A stretch of 64,000 nucleotides of DNA, taken from a virus (Duplodnaviria; Caudoviricetes). This document shows positions 1-8,498 of the stretch, one piece after another; position 1 is the first letter of the stretch, and each line of letters opens with the position of its first letter. A model generated the notes under the pieces. That model had not been told where the DNA came from, searched no databases, and was given only the letters and a program-made list of their open reading frames with translations. The stretch spans positions 18,623 to 82,622 of IMG/VR virus record IMGVR_UViG_3300001525_000609. One strand, written 5' to 3'. Position numbers and translations under genes: made by a program.

Positions 1-441
1 AGTGCTAATCCGAACAACAAGCTCTGGATCATGTCTAACATCGCCCAAGATAAGCTTGCAGCGCTTCACGAGGCGAACCAGATCCAGCTGAACACCGTAT
101 ATGTGCAAAGGGACTTCAATGGAGTCAAGACCATCCCTGGAAGAGACCTTGGACTTGTCGTCAGTTCCTACAACAAGATCCCGATCATCCAGGATGGAAA
201 CCTCAATTACGATTACTCGAAGAAGAGGGTTTCTGACGTCAAGTTCGGAGACATCATGCTCGCAGATCTTGACCACGTATGGATATCCCTGCTGAACCCC
301 GTCAACCTTCACTCTGTGAACAACCCTGCCATCACCGACATCCTCCAAGAGATCAATGTCGTCCACATGAGGGCAGAGGTCAGGTGCGATGGATTCATCG
401 GCAGCGGAAAGATCGTCGGAGTTCTCGACGACACCGTTTGA
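1..441 (+). CDS. Major capsid protein (HK97-like), C-terminal part; runs in from the left edge
   Basis: Frame is open from base 1 to TGA at 441. C-terminus GDIMLADLD...EVRCDGFIGSGKIVGV resembles HK97-fold capsid P-domain ends. A terminator follows. Confidence 0.65.
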   Translation, partial: SANPNNKLWIMSNIAQDKLAALHEANQIQLNTVYVQRDFNGVKTIPGRDLGLVVSSYNKIPIIQDGNLNYDYSKKRVSDVKFGDIMLADLDHVWISLLNPVNLHSVNNPAITDILQEINVVHMRAEVRCDGFIGSGKIVGVLDDTV

Positions 442-445
442 AGCT

Positions 446-483
446 AAAAGAGGGGCGGGCCCCTCCCCCCTCAAACTTTTTTC
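446..483. terminator. Terminator between convergent genes
   Basis: GAGGGG-cggg-CCCCTC stem (450-465), followed by AAACTTTTTT. Confidence 0.6.
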
Positions 484-914
484 TTTACGGGCGTTTTTAT
501 AGCATCTTCAACAGACCAACCGTCATCGATACGATGGATTATTGTCGATGAAGATATCCCGTACAATCTGCTCCATTGTGCCAATGTTTTGATGTGCCCA
601 TCTACGACATAATATTTGGCTGTGGTGCGGTTGTTCGCCTGAGCTTTACGTGACACCCAGCGCAAGTTCGCAGGATAGTAGCCTTTCTTATTGTTGATCC
701 TATCGAGTGTGAGGTCATTCCTATACCCATGTGCGATAGCCCAATCATAGAATGCAAAGAAATCCTCATGCCACTCTTCGCATACTGTTATGCCTCTTGC
801 ACCATACTTGCCATAATCTTTGCATGAAGTGTTGAAACACCGCTTATTCATGCTACGCCATATCTCCCTCAGCCGTTTGTATTCAGGAGATGCCGTATCA
901 TATTTTTCTGTCAT
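471..914 (-). CDS. Phage HNH-like homing endonuclease, C-terminal half only
   Basis: Motifs RLREIWRSMNKRC, YGARGITVCEEW, LTLDRINN..GYYPANLRW and TLAQWS..RIDDGWSVEDAI. The usual N-terminal Cys domain is missing. Confidence 0.8.
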   Translation of the reverse strand: MTEKYDTASPEYKRLREIWRSMNKRCFNTSCKDYGKYGARGITVCEEWHEDFFAFYDWAIAHGYRNDLTLDRINNKKGYYPANLRWVSRKAQANNRTTAKYYVVDGHIKTLAQWSRLYGISSSTIIHRIDDGWSVEDAIKTPVKKKV

Positions 915-1443
915 CGCCTATCGCCTCCAACAGCTTGCACCATTTTTCATAGAATCCAGGATATATGAACGAGACATCTGCTTCCCCTATGCTGAAATGG
1001 ACTCTGTCGTTCTTGGATACTTCGACATAAGATATGGGCAATTGGCATCTCATGTATGTGAGATAGAATGTCATTTTGAATGATGACACAGAATCCGCCA
1101 TAACATCCAGTTCGAAATCCATCGTTATGAATATCCCCGAGCCGATAGGTATCGAGCTGCTTCCCCCGCAATCGATGATACGTGAAGATAGCAAGTGTAT
1201 CGCAGATTCTCTGGCTTCATCATAAGTATGCCCTTCAATCAAGCCTGTGGTGTGCCAATACCACAATGCTTTGAGGAGGTTATGCTGATATTTGGAACCT
1301 GCAAATGCGATGACAGATACGAAAGAATCATCACAGACCAAGTCTTCATCTTCTCCATCCATCACAGGATATTCAAAGGGGTCTGAATCGAGATCCATAT
1401 TCGGATTGAAGCTTATCTCAACATCATCATCGATCTTGGTCAT
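898..1443 (-). CDS. Hypothetical protein
   Basis: Long ORF overlapping its neighbours; start taken at MTKIDD. Confidence 0.55.
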   Translation of the reverse strand: MTKIDDDVEISFNPNMDLDSDPFEYPVMDGEDEDLVCDDSFVSVIAFAGSKYQHNLLKALWYWHTTGLIEGHTYDEARESAIHLLSSRIIDCGGSSSIPIGSGIFITMDFELDVMADSVSSFKMTFYLTYMRCQLPISYVEVSKNDRVHFSIGEADVSFIYPGFYEKWCKLLEAIGDDRKI

Positions 1444-1639
1444 CTGAAAAGACCTCTTGCAAAGACATACGGTCTGACGCATCAACAGGTTTGCGACCTC
1501 TTGAAAATGCGGTCGCAGCAAATGCGCATAAACGGCAATCTACGTCATCGCACGGGCATCCTGTCACGATGCAAGACTGGCTTATCCTTCCCTTGACCAC
1601 GCGCACCTCACGATAGTAATCTTTCGGAGATATGCTCAT
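1427..1639 (-). CDS. Small Cys-rich protein
   Basis: CIVTGCPCDDVDCRLC; ATGA overlap with the upstream gene. Confidence 0.55.
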   Translation of the reverse strand: MSISPKDYYREVRVVKGRISQSCIVTGCPCDDVDCRLCAFAATAFSRGRKPVDASDRMSLQEVFSDDQDR

Positions 1640-2229
1640 TCCAATTCCTCTCTAAAATAGTCTGATTTATTCTTGGACGGTGTTTCATCATCTTTATCAG
1701 GCACATCACGCCCCACTTCCTTACGGGTCTCACGATCTATAGGGATACGCATTATTTCGCAATCCTCTAATTCATCCCAATCTACACCTATATCGAGATC
1801 TACATTGTCTTCGTTCGATTCTTCAGGCTCTATGGTCACAAATTTCGTTCTTCCAGGGGCAGGTATCGCAACGATATCCTTCATATGCTTCACAGGCGCA
1901 TAGTCCAGAGACTCTAATTCCCTATCTTCTGCATCGACAATATTGTTCTGGGGGGAGAGATCGCCTTGATCAAAATCAAGGCGGTCCTCATCACCCTCTC
2001 TTTCAAAATACTCGGATAATTCACTGTTGGCCACAGCATCGCTTTTCAGATAGCCTGCTTCATCACGAACGGGAGTGATCATCACATCCACGTATGACCC
2101 GGGCAAGATGTTCAACGCACGGCATGGGCGCGTAACACGAATGATCAGGTCATGCTCCTGCTGTTTAGCTACCCTTGCCCTGAACTTCATCGATGCCATA
2201 ATCTGCCTTGGGGGAACGGTTGCACTCAC
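1636..2229 (-). CDS. AbrB/SpoVT-like DNA-binding domain plus acidic tail
   Basis: N-terminal KFRARVAKQQEHDLIIRVTRPCRALNILPGSYVDVMI fits the swapped-hairpin pattern. Confidence 0.55.
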   Translation of the reverse strand: MSATVPPRQIMASMKFRARVAKQQEHDLIIRVTRPCRALNILPGSYVDVMITPVRDEAGYLKSDAVANSELSEYFEREGDEDRLDFDQGDLSPQNNIVDAEDRELESLDYAPVKHMKDIVAIPAPGRTKFVTIEPEESNEDNVDLDIGVDWDELEDCEIMRIPIDRETRKEVGRDVPDKDDETPSKNKSDYFREELE

Positions 2230-2669
2230 TTCTTGTCGGTAGACCCGAGTCCGCCATTGCGATCCCGGGTCGGTACGATTTCATCTTCAAGGAACAGGAA
2301 TGGTACGAACATTCCCTGCATGTATGCCTTGCCTTTGGGTATGCATATGTCTTCATCAGCGCACAGGGAGCATTGTATCTCGTCGCGATAATCCTGGTCG
2401 ATGATGCCGACAGTATCGGCCAACCTGACTTTGTATTTGAACCCCAAGCCCGAACGGGGATACAGCATAAGAGCCCAACTTGTAATCTCGTCCCTCCAAC
2501 GGGGAGTGCAGTTGATCCTGAGCCTCTCTGTGCCGTCCAAAGATACACCTGTACCGAATGTTGTCCACTCACCTGCTTTAAGATGTATATCTGCTGGGGC
2601 AAAGAAATCATAGCACGCGCTTCCTTTAGTTGCCCTTGCAGGCATCTCGACTCCTTCCTTAGTCTTCAT
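2226..2669 (-). CDS. dut: Trimeric dUTPase
   Basis: Motifs SACYD, PRSGLG, GIIDQDYR, Q.MF and RNGGLGST. Confidence 0.95.
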   Translation of the reverse strand: MKTKEGVEMPARATKGSACYDFFAPADIHLKAGEWTTFGTGVSLDGTERLRINCTPRWRDEITSWALMLYPRSGLGFKYKVRLADTVGIIDQDYRDEIQCSLCADEDICIPKGKAYMQGMFVPFLFLEDEIVPTRDRNGGLGSTDKK

Positions 2670-3348
2670 CTGATCTCTCCTCCTGTTCTTCTCCTAAATC
2701 ATCATCCAACACAGATTGGCCTTCCTCGGCATCGATCTTGGCTTTAGCTTCCGCGATCATCTCCACAAGGTCCTGATCCATCGCGGCGACATTGTAATAT
2801 TTAGCTGGGGGCTTCTTCCTCAGAGCTTTCATAACGAGTTCATTGAGCTTACGTGCGGTTGCAGGATCGAGCCTGTTATAGGGGGTGGTGATGCACACGC
2901 CCCCTACCCCGTCACCCATTATAGCGCCATTGAACAGCGTGCCTGCGAATTGCAAAGGCTCGACATCCCATGTATACTTGTAAATGACGTCCAGCGACAC
3001 ATCTACGTCGTCATGCCATACATCTTTCTTGTACAGCTTCCCATTGACGATCTTATCTTCAAGCTGTGCCGCGATAATCTTGCTCTTGACCCCCTCATCC
3101 GTGAAGCAAGGATGCAATGCGAGCTTAATGCCCAACTCTGCATTCTTGACAGCGAACCCCGCCTCCATGAGGCCTATGACATCTCCGCCCCAATAGCCCC
3201 CTTCAGGGTATTCGCACGGGGCGCGTATAGACATGATCACTTCATCGCCATCCAGCAGGCCGAGCATCTTGCATTCGTGACCGATGCTCACCCTGTATTG
3301 ACCGTGGCCATTATCATGAATCTTTTTCACTAATCCTACTACAATCAT
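2659..3348 (-). CDS. AbrB-like domain fused to a Tad2-like paralogous domain
   Basis: N-terminal VKKIHDNGHGQYRVSIGHECKMLGLLDGDEVIMSI. Central G.DVIGLMEAG...KDVW...DVIYKYTW matches the genes at 4412 and 4629. Confidence 0.55.
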   Translation of the reverse strand: MIVVGLVKKIHDNGHGQYRVSIGHECKMLGLLDGDEVIMSIRAPCEYPEGGYWGGDVIGLMEAGFAVKNAELGIKLALHPCFTDEGVKSKIIAAQLEDKIVNGKLYKKDVWHDDVDVSLDVIYKYTWDVEPLQFAGTLFNGAIMGDGVGGVCITTPYNRLDPATARKLNELVMKALRKKPPAKYYNVAAMDQDLVEMIAEAKAKIDAEEGQSVLDDDLGEEQEERSDED

Positions 3349-4409
3349 TCATTATCCCCCTTGAAATCAAGAACACACTGTGTGGTTTCCTTCTTCCACG
3401 TCTTGTCGATGAACATCGCCCTGAATATCGCCGTCCAGCAAGGGACTGCACTGGAAGCCGCAGCTACACGATACAACATGCCGTCAGACAGCCCCGCATC
3501 TTTTACCTTCTGGAACTCCACGTCGGTGTACCCCTGGAGCCTCCAGAATTCAAGAGGTGAGAACCGTCTGATCCTCAAGTTCCCTCTGACTGCATCTTCC
3601 ACATTGTGCCTGTCGCTGACAGTGACAGAGATATGGCGGTCATAATCAGGATCATCGGGTAAAGGCTGTATCAGGAACGGCCCTACGGGGCGACGGTCTG
3701 AATAGACTGTTATGAAAGAGCTGAATTTAGTAGCATCAGTGGGCATCCATTCGGGAGTCAACACATCATGGTATCTCCTGAACTTCATCTCACGACCTGC
3801 GATCTCCTCATACGACAACCACAAGTCTTTCACTGCGTCTTCAGATTCAAGAACGTCTTTCAATATCCTGCCATCTGGACAAGGCTCAGGGAATATGAAC
3901 TCCCCGTGATGCAGCGATGCTACCATGAACCATCTTCTGCGGTTCTGAGGCACCCCATAGTCGCTGGTATTCAAGACTTCGTACGATATCTCATACCCGA
4001 GGTCCTTTATCTCTTTGATAAAGAGATTGAAGAATCTGGAATATCTGCTGCTTAAGAGAAAAGGCGTAGACTCTGCACAGATGTACTCCGGAAGATTGCC
4101 CTCGGACCTCGCACTCTCTAACAGATCTATAACGAACCATGCAAGCGATGCTTTAGTATCCCTGCCCTTGCGATTGAGAGGAGCGATCTTCAACGTCGGC
4201 CAATCGAAGAACAGAAGATCTGCACTAGGCATCGACGTCATATCTGATACGTCATCATAGCTCAAGACATCGCCATGCAATGCCTTGTATCCTTCGAGTA
4301 TCTGCGGATACGACTCGCATACGATATCATCATGTTCGACCCCTGCACGATCGAGTGCAGTCTCGGCACCGCCTATCCCTGAGAACACATCAAATAGCTT
4401 CAGCGTCAT
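3345..4409 (-). CDS. C5 DNA cytosine methyltransferase homologue, predicted catalytically inactive
   Basis: Motif I FSGIGG, motif VIII YGVPQNRRR and motif IX RRFSPLEFWRLQGY are present. Motif IV reads WPT instead of FPC, and motif VI reads EST instead of ENV. Confidence 0.85.
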   Translation of the reverse strand: MTLKLFDVFSGIGGAETALDRAGVEHDDIVCESYPQILEGYKALHGDVLSYDDVSDMTSMPSADLLFFDWPTLKIAPLNRKGRDTKASLAWFVIDLLESARSEGNLPEYICAESTPFLLSSRYSRFFNLFIKEIKDLGYEISYEVLNTSDYGVPQNRRRWFMVASLHHGEFIFPEPCPDGRILKDVLESEDAVKDLWLSYEEIAGREMKFRRYHDVLTPEWMPTDATKFSSFITVYSDRRPVGPFLIQPLPDDPDYDRHISVTVSDRHNVEDAVRGNLRIRRFSPLEFWRLQGYTDVEFQKVKDAGLSDGMLYRVAAASSAVPCWTAIFRAMFIDKTWKKETTQCVLDFKGDNE

Positions 4410-4411
4410 GT

Positions 4412-4645
4412 TCACTCCATATTGTCTGCCGCATTCCATTCGTGATTATACAACGCATTGACATCAAGGCTGATATCTGCCCATTGGGTGACATATTCCG
4501 TAGGCAGAGGTGCCGAGCCGGTATGCATGAATTGCAGGTGGTTAGAAGTTCTGTTCAGCTTGATGACGATATCATGGTCTCTTATTCTAGATGAGAGAAT
4601 ATGGCCATCTTCGAGCAGCTTCAATGCATCAGAGCCTCTGGGCAT
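4412..4645 (-). CDS. Stand-alone Tad2-like paralogous domain protein
   Basis: GSDALKLLEDGHILSS...QWADISLDVNALYNHEW aligns with the domains in 2659 and 4629. Confidence 0.5.
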   Translation of the reverse strand: MPRGSDALKLLEDGHILSSRIRDHDIVIKLNRTSNHLQFMHTGSAPLPTEYVTQWADISLDVNALYNHEWNAADNME

Positions 4646-5231
4646 CGTACACCCCCTTGTCGTTAGCCGCATCGTAGAACCAGCCCATATCATTGAGTTT
4701 GAGCATCTGGTATAGAATCGTGTCTCCGGTTATATCGCAAGTGCCTTCTTCCTTTAAAGTCTCGATCGCGTCATTCCTCAGAGCCATATATGCGCGTGTG
4801 TTGAAGTGAAGCAGATCTTCTACTTCATCGCATACCACCCAGGGCGTATTGTAGATAGAGTCGATGACATCGACCGATGTCAACGCCCAAACATCTTTGG
4901 GGATAAGATCGGTCGGGACTGTGAGGGCTACGTATATGCTCTTGCTGGTATACTTTTCATCCTGTTTGACAAGGCGCATAGGGTCCAGTGCCAAGTACAC
5001 GGGGTCAGAGCCATCATGCGGGACAGATTTCATAATGTGTCCAGACTCCAGATAGCTAAGCACAGTGGCTCCGCAGACTTCCTTGTTCTTCATCTCCTCA
5101 GAGGTGTCGAGCGATATGTAGACTGAATTATGCTCTTTTAAGCCCAATTGCTTCGCCTCTGACGACAAGACGACAACGAGCGAGTTGCCTTGTTTTTTCA
5201 GTACCTTGCGGATAGCTTCAAATCCCTTCAT
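4629..5231 (-). CDS. AbrB-like regulator fused to Tad2-like domain(s)
   Basis: IRKVLKKQGNSLVVVLSSEAKQLGLKEHNSVYISL is a clear AbrB/MazE pattern, followed by GATVLSYLESGHIMKS...KDVW...DSIYNTPW. Confidence 0.65.
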   Translation of the reverse strand: MKGFEAIRKVLKKQGNSLVVVLSSEAKQLGLKEHNSVYISLDTSEEMKNKEVCGATVLSYLESGHIMKSVPHDGSDPVYLALDPMRLVKQDEKYTSKSIYVALTVPTDLIPKDVWALTSVDVIDSIYNTPWVVCDEVEDLLHFNTRAYMALRNDAIETLKEEGTCDITGDTILYQMLKLNDMGWFYDAANDKGVYDAQRL

Positions 5232-5308
5232 AGTATTACTTTGTATTACTCATATATATTTATGAGTTTCGAAAATAAATATTGAATTGAAATACAATGT
5301 AATTGAGG

Positions 5309-5381
5309 TAGTCCTGCTCGGATTCGAACCGAGGTCGCCTGATCCAAAGTCAGGAACGATTGACCGCTACGCCACAGGACT
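5309..5381 (-). tRNA. tRNA-Gln(UUG), no encoded CCA
   Basis: AGTCCTG/CAGGACT acceptor stem with A1-U72, CCTGA-CTTTGGA-TCAGG anticodon arm, GGTTCGAATCC T-loop. Confidence 0.95.
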
Positions 5382-5393
5382 ATGATAAGAAGT

Positions 5394-5558
5394 TTAGGCG
5401 GATCCATCTTCTCCGAGCACACACGTCAAGGCATTATCGAGCGTCTCCAACACTTCGCCTTCACGCACTGTGTAGCCTCCGTCGGCCTTGCAGCGCGCCA
5501 GAGCGTCTGCGAAGGCCCTCAGGGGGCCGTTGACGAATGCGTCCATGGTATTTGTCAT
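5394..5558 (-). CDS. Small hypothetical protein (54 aa)
   Basis: Hand translation MTNTMDAFVNGPLRAF...; fills the gap in the operon. Confidence 0.45.
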   Translation of the reverse strand: MTNTMDAFVNGPLRAFADALARCKADGGYTVREGEVLETLDNALTCVLGEDGSA

Positions 5559-5567
5559 GGTATCGCC

Positions 5568-5798
5568 TCAGAAGCCCCATGCCGCAACGAGCAGCACAGC
5601 GTACAGCATCCATCCGACGATTCCGCCCACCAGGGACGAAGCCATCGCGCCCAGGCCCGCGTTGTCCTCGTCGTCCTTGTAGACGACGACCATCACGAGG
5701 CCGACCACCACAGCGAGAATCACACCGAACAGGCCCAGGGCGAACCCCATGACCAGTCCGAGGACTCCGCATATCAGAGCCATGTCTTTCGGTTCCAT
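5568..5798 (-). CDS. Small multi-pass membrane protein
   Basis: 76 aa with about three hydrophobic GxxG-rich helices; GAGGA SD. Confidence 0.65.
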   Translation of the reverse strand: MEPKDMALICGVLGLVMGFALGLFGVILAVVVGLVMVVVYKDDEDNAGLGAMASSLVGGIVGWMLYAVLLVAAWGF

Positions 5799-5800
5799 TC

Positions 5801-6067
5801 TCATTCCTCCAAGTCGTAATCCTCTTCCCAGGATATATTGCATGCGTCTTCGGGCATGCCCGTGTTCTCGCAGAAGCGCTTCCACGCTTTCTCCATGCGC
5901 TCCTCTCCCGTGTCCCCGGAGAGGAACAGGTCCGCTTCCTCTATGAGGTCTCTGAACTCTTTGGCGAGCCCTGCGACCTGCGTGTTGACAAGCTTGTTCT
6001 CGTCCCTTCTGAGGGCATAGAGCCAATCGCCTATCATGTATGTCCATTCCAATGTTCCACCGCTCAT
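5801..6067 (-). CDS. Conserved phage hypothetical protein
   Basis: MSGG...SGDTGEE pattern; ATGA overlap with the upstream gene. Confidence 0.6.
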   Translation of the reverse strand: MSGGTLEWTYMIGDWLYALRRDENKLVNTQVAGLAKEFRDLIEEADLFLSGDTGEERMEKAWKRFCENTGMPEDACNISWEEDYDLEE

Positions 6068-6723
6068 TCTTCCACCTTGTACCAATCGTCCGCCCATACG
6101 TCCTCAGGAGTTATGCCCGAGGATATGTACTGGTCGGTGTACACGCTCAGATAGCCGTGCTTGTCGCGCATCTCCGCGTCCGCAGGCCATGCCTTGCGCC
6201 TGAACTTCTCCGGGCTGATGCCCGATTCGATTCCTTTGAGCACCCAGCCGAACTGCCCCTCCTCGATGCAGTCGCGCACGCAGAGCCAATCGTCCGCGAC
6301 CTCGTCGGCAAGGGTCCACGAGTCGCGCAGATAGCCCCCGACGGCGGGAGACCTGCCCTTGAGCGGGCCGTCCCAGAACAGGGCATAGCCCTTCGGCCAT
6401 GCCTCGCGCCTGAAGTATATGGGCTCGGTGCCCTTGACGAGGTCCAGCGTGCTCTTGACTATCCGCAAGGTGTAGTGCGGCAGGGTCTCGGGCATCGCCA
6501 CCCAATCGTCTGCCAGCATATCGGTCTGGCTGGCGAGCCAGGGCACCCTGTCGAAGGTGCCGTCTTCATGCTCTATCTCCATGTAGATATACGGCTTGGT
6601 CATCTTGCTGAACTCTGTGGGGCGCTGGAGCTTTATCCATTGGCATTTGCCGTTCCAGCCCATGCGGTAGAAACGGGGCTCGCTCCATGTGTAGAATCCT
6701 TCCAGCACATCTGAGAAGTACAT
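6064..6723 (-). CDS. tad2: Tandem three-domain Tad2/DUF2829-family protein
   Basis: Domain 1 has RMGWNGK...PYIYM...VPWLASQTDMLADDW. Domains 2 and 3 have FRREAW...VADDW and FRRKAW...DVWADDW. Confidence 0.8.
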   Translation of the reverse strand: MYFSDVLEGFYTWSEPRFYRMGWNGKCQWIKLQRPTEFSKMTKPYIYMEIEHEDGTFDRVPWLASQTDMLADDWVAMPETLPHYTLRIVKSTLDLVKGTEPIYFRREAWPKGYALFWDGPLKGRSPAVGGYLRDSWTLADEVADDWLCVRDCIEEGQFGWVLKGIESGISPEKFRRKAWPADAEMRDKHGYLSVYTDQYISSGITPEDVWADDWYKVEE

Positions 6724-6727
6724 CCCA

Positions 6728-7126
6728 TCAGCTCCCGTACTTCGACAGTATCGCATCGATCTGCGCTTGCACGTTCGACATGTCCGACTGAATCGAGTTG
6801 GAGAGATAGGCTTCCATGATCATGCAAGCCAGCATGCAGATCAGCGTTGCTGCCACAAAGGTTCCGACAGTCCAGATACGAGAATCGACATCACGTTTCT
6901 TGACAACAGTCCATCTTCCACTAATGATGGTCTCTTCGCGTCCTGTGTATGAAATGTACAGCCATGATGAGAGCAGGGCAAGACCGAAGCCTATTACGGC
7001 ACATGTCGCCAGCCAATAGGGCAATGCCGTCAAGTCTATGTGGTCTATGTTATACTGGAATTGAGCGAGCTGTCCTCTCAGCTCGCTCAGCCGCAGCCCG
7101 TCCTCATACGTTATGTTCATGTCCAT
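6728..7126 (-). CDS. Two-TM membrane protein with coiled ends
   Basis: Two hydrophobic segments flanked by heptad-like regions. Confidence 0.6.
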   Translation of the reverse strand: MDMNITYEDGLRLSELRGQLAQFQYNIDHIDLTALPYWLATCAVIGFGLALLSSWLYISYTGREETIISGRWTVVKKRDVDSRIWTVGTFVAATLICMLACMIMEAYLSNSIQSDMSNVQAQIDAILSKYGS

Positions 7127-7138
7127 TCTATCAACTCT

Positions 7139-7315
7139 TCATTTCTCTTCATTTCTCTTCATCTGAAGGATTGTCAGCGCGTCCCGTAGGTTCATTGGCT
7201 GTCTCTTCATCTCGACGAGGTCGTTGATGCATTTGCGCATGGCCCATGATGCGCCCACTAAGAATCCGCAAATGAACCATACCAGCATCATAATGAGAGC
7301 TATATCATCGCTCAT
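7139..7315 (-). CDS. Small single-TM protein (58 aa)
   Basis: Hand translation MSDDIALIMMLVWFICGFLVGASWAMRK...; ATGA overlap. Confidence 0.55.
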   Translation of the reverse strand: MSDDIALIMMLVWFICGFLVGASWAMRKCINDLVEMKRQPMNLRDALTILQMKRNEEK

Positions 7316-7485
7316 TCTTTGTACACTCCCGTCCTATGAAGCCAATGGTTGAACTCCCTGTCGCAGTCCCCGCATATCATGAATGACCTGCCCAAGAGCT
7401 TCGCCCTTATGCGACGGTCCCTGTAATCGTAGTAGCTCATCTCCTTCTTGCAACGATCGCAATAATAGCGGACTACCCTGGTCAT
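7312..7485 (-). CDS. Small CxxC Zn-finger protein (57 aa)
   Basis: Hand translation YYCDRCKKE...MICGDCDREFNHW. Confidence 0.6.
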   Translation of the reverse strand: MTRVVRYYCDRCKKEMSYYDYRDRRIRAKLLGRSFMICGDCDREFNHWLHRTGVYKE

Positions 7486-7486
7486 T

Positions 7487-7702
7487 TCACCACCCTTTCG
7501 ATTCGTCCCAATATTCGACTATGTGAACGGGGTTGATGTAGCGATGAACACCGTTCACGCTGACTCTGACTGTTCTTGTTGAGTGAATCGCCCCATGCAG
7601 GGCACTGACACCTTTTTCCCCTCCACCGCCGATACACGTGATGCGTTCTTCCTGCGTGACAATCTCTTCACCCGTGGAGAGCTTGATGTGGGTCGTCACC
7701 AT
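7487..7702 (-). CDS. Hypothetical protein
   Basis: GGTGA-type SD; overlaps the upstream gene. Confidence 0.55.
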   Translation of the reverse strand: MVTTHIKLSTGEEIVTQEERITCIGGGGEKGVSALHGAIHSTRTVRVSVNGVHRYINPVHIVEYWDESKGW

Positions 7703-7929
7703 TTCGCTTCACCCCCCTTAGCGAGGACCATCTGCTTGAGCTGGTCCTGTAAGGCATTGATGATCGTGGCAAGGCTGTCCGTATCGACCGCGATATGGAT
7801 CTCATTCCCATCTGAATCCTTGAGCATCATGTGCGCGTAATCGGCACGGGTGGCAAAAGGGCTTATCTCGATCGTGCCTTCATCGAAGGTGCGGCCCATA
7901 TATCTTGTACGGATCTCAGTGCAGGTCAT
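7696..7929 (-). CDS. Hypothetical protein, paralogue of the C-terminus of 15784-16191
   Basis: GTIEISP..RADYAHMML vs GILRIRP..PADYAFLAL. Confidence 0.55.
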   Translation of the reverse strand: MTCTEIRTRYMGRTFDEGTIEISPFATRADYAHMMLKDSDGNEIHIAVDTDSLATIINALQDQLKQMVLAKGGEAKW

Positions 7930-8441
7930 TCATCCCCTCTCCATCTTGAATTCACCTTGCCCGCGAGCTTGCTCAGCCAACTGTTATCAGGGAAATCCAC
8001 ATCACTTGCATCCAAGAAGAACTGGAATCCGCACCTGCAACTGAGGGATATGTACTCTACATCATCAAGGGCCCCTGCATAGTCTGTCTCGCATCTGTTC
8101 ATCCACTCCACGTCATTGTTCTCTTCGGCAGTAATGCGGTCCGCAGCCCACATAGCGTTCTTCTTCGGATCAGCGATATACTCATAATCAATCACCCTGT
8201 CCATCTCGCCAATAGGCGTACCTTCATCATCCATGAACATCAGGTCTTCGACAGTCAGCTGATATCCACAGATCGGACACCGTTTAAACGGTACGGGGTC
8301 GGCTTCCACATCGGCTTCTGCGCAGGGGCAGTGCTCGCACTCGTCCAGCTTGCAAGTTATCAGGTCCCTGTCTGTTATGTCTTCTTCGATGTCCACGACG
8401 TGCTTGCAATCATGGCATTCTCTCTTCGGATACATCTTCAT
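7926..8441 (-). CDS. Multi-Zn-ribbon protein
   Basis: CHDC, CEHCPC, CPICG and CRCG motifs. Confidence 0.6.
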   Translation of the reverse strand: MKMYPKRECHDCKHVVDIEEDITDRDLITCKLDECEHCPCAEADVEADPVPFKRCPICGYQLTVEDLMFMDDEGTPIGEMDRVIDYEYIADPKKNAMWAADRITAEENNDVEWMNRCETDYAGALDDVEYISLSCRCGFQFFLDASDVDFPDNSWLSKLAGKVNSRWRGDE

Positions 8442-8498
8442 CTTCCATCTCCTCTTCAGTCTATGGCCTCTCTCCATCAGGGTCGTGGCCGCACCAGG

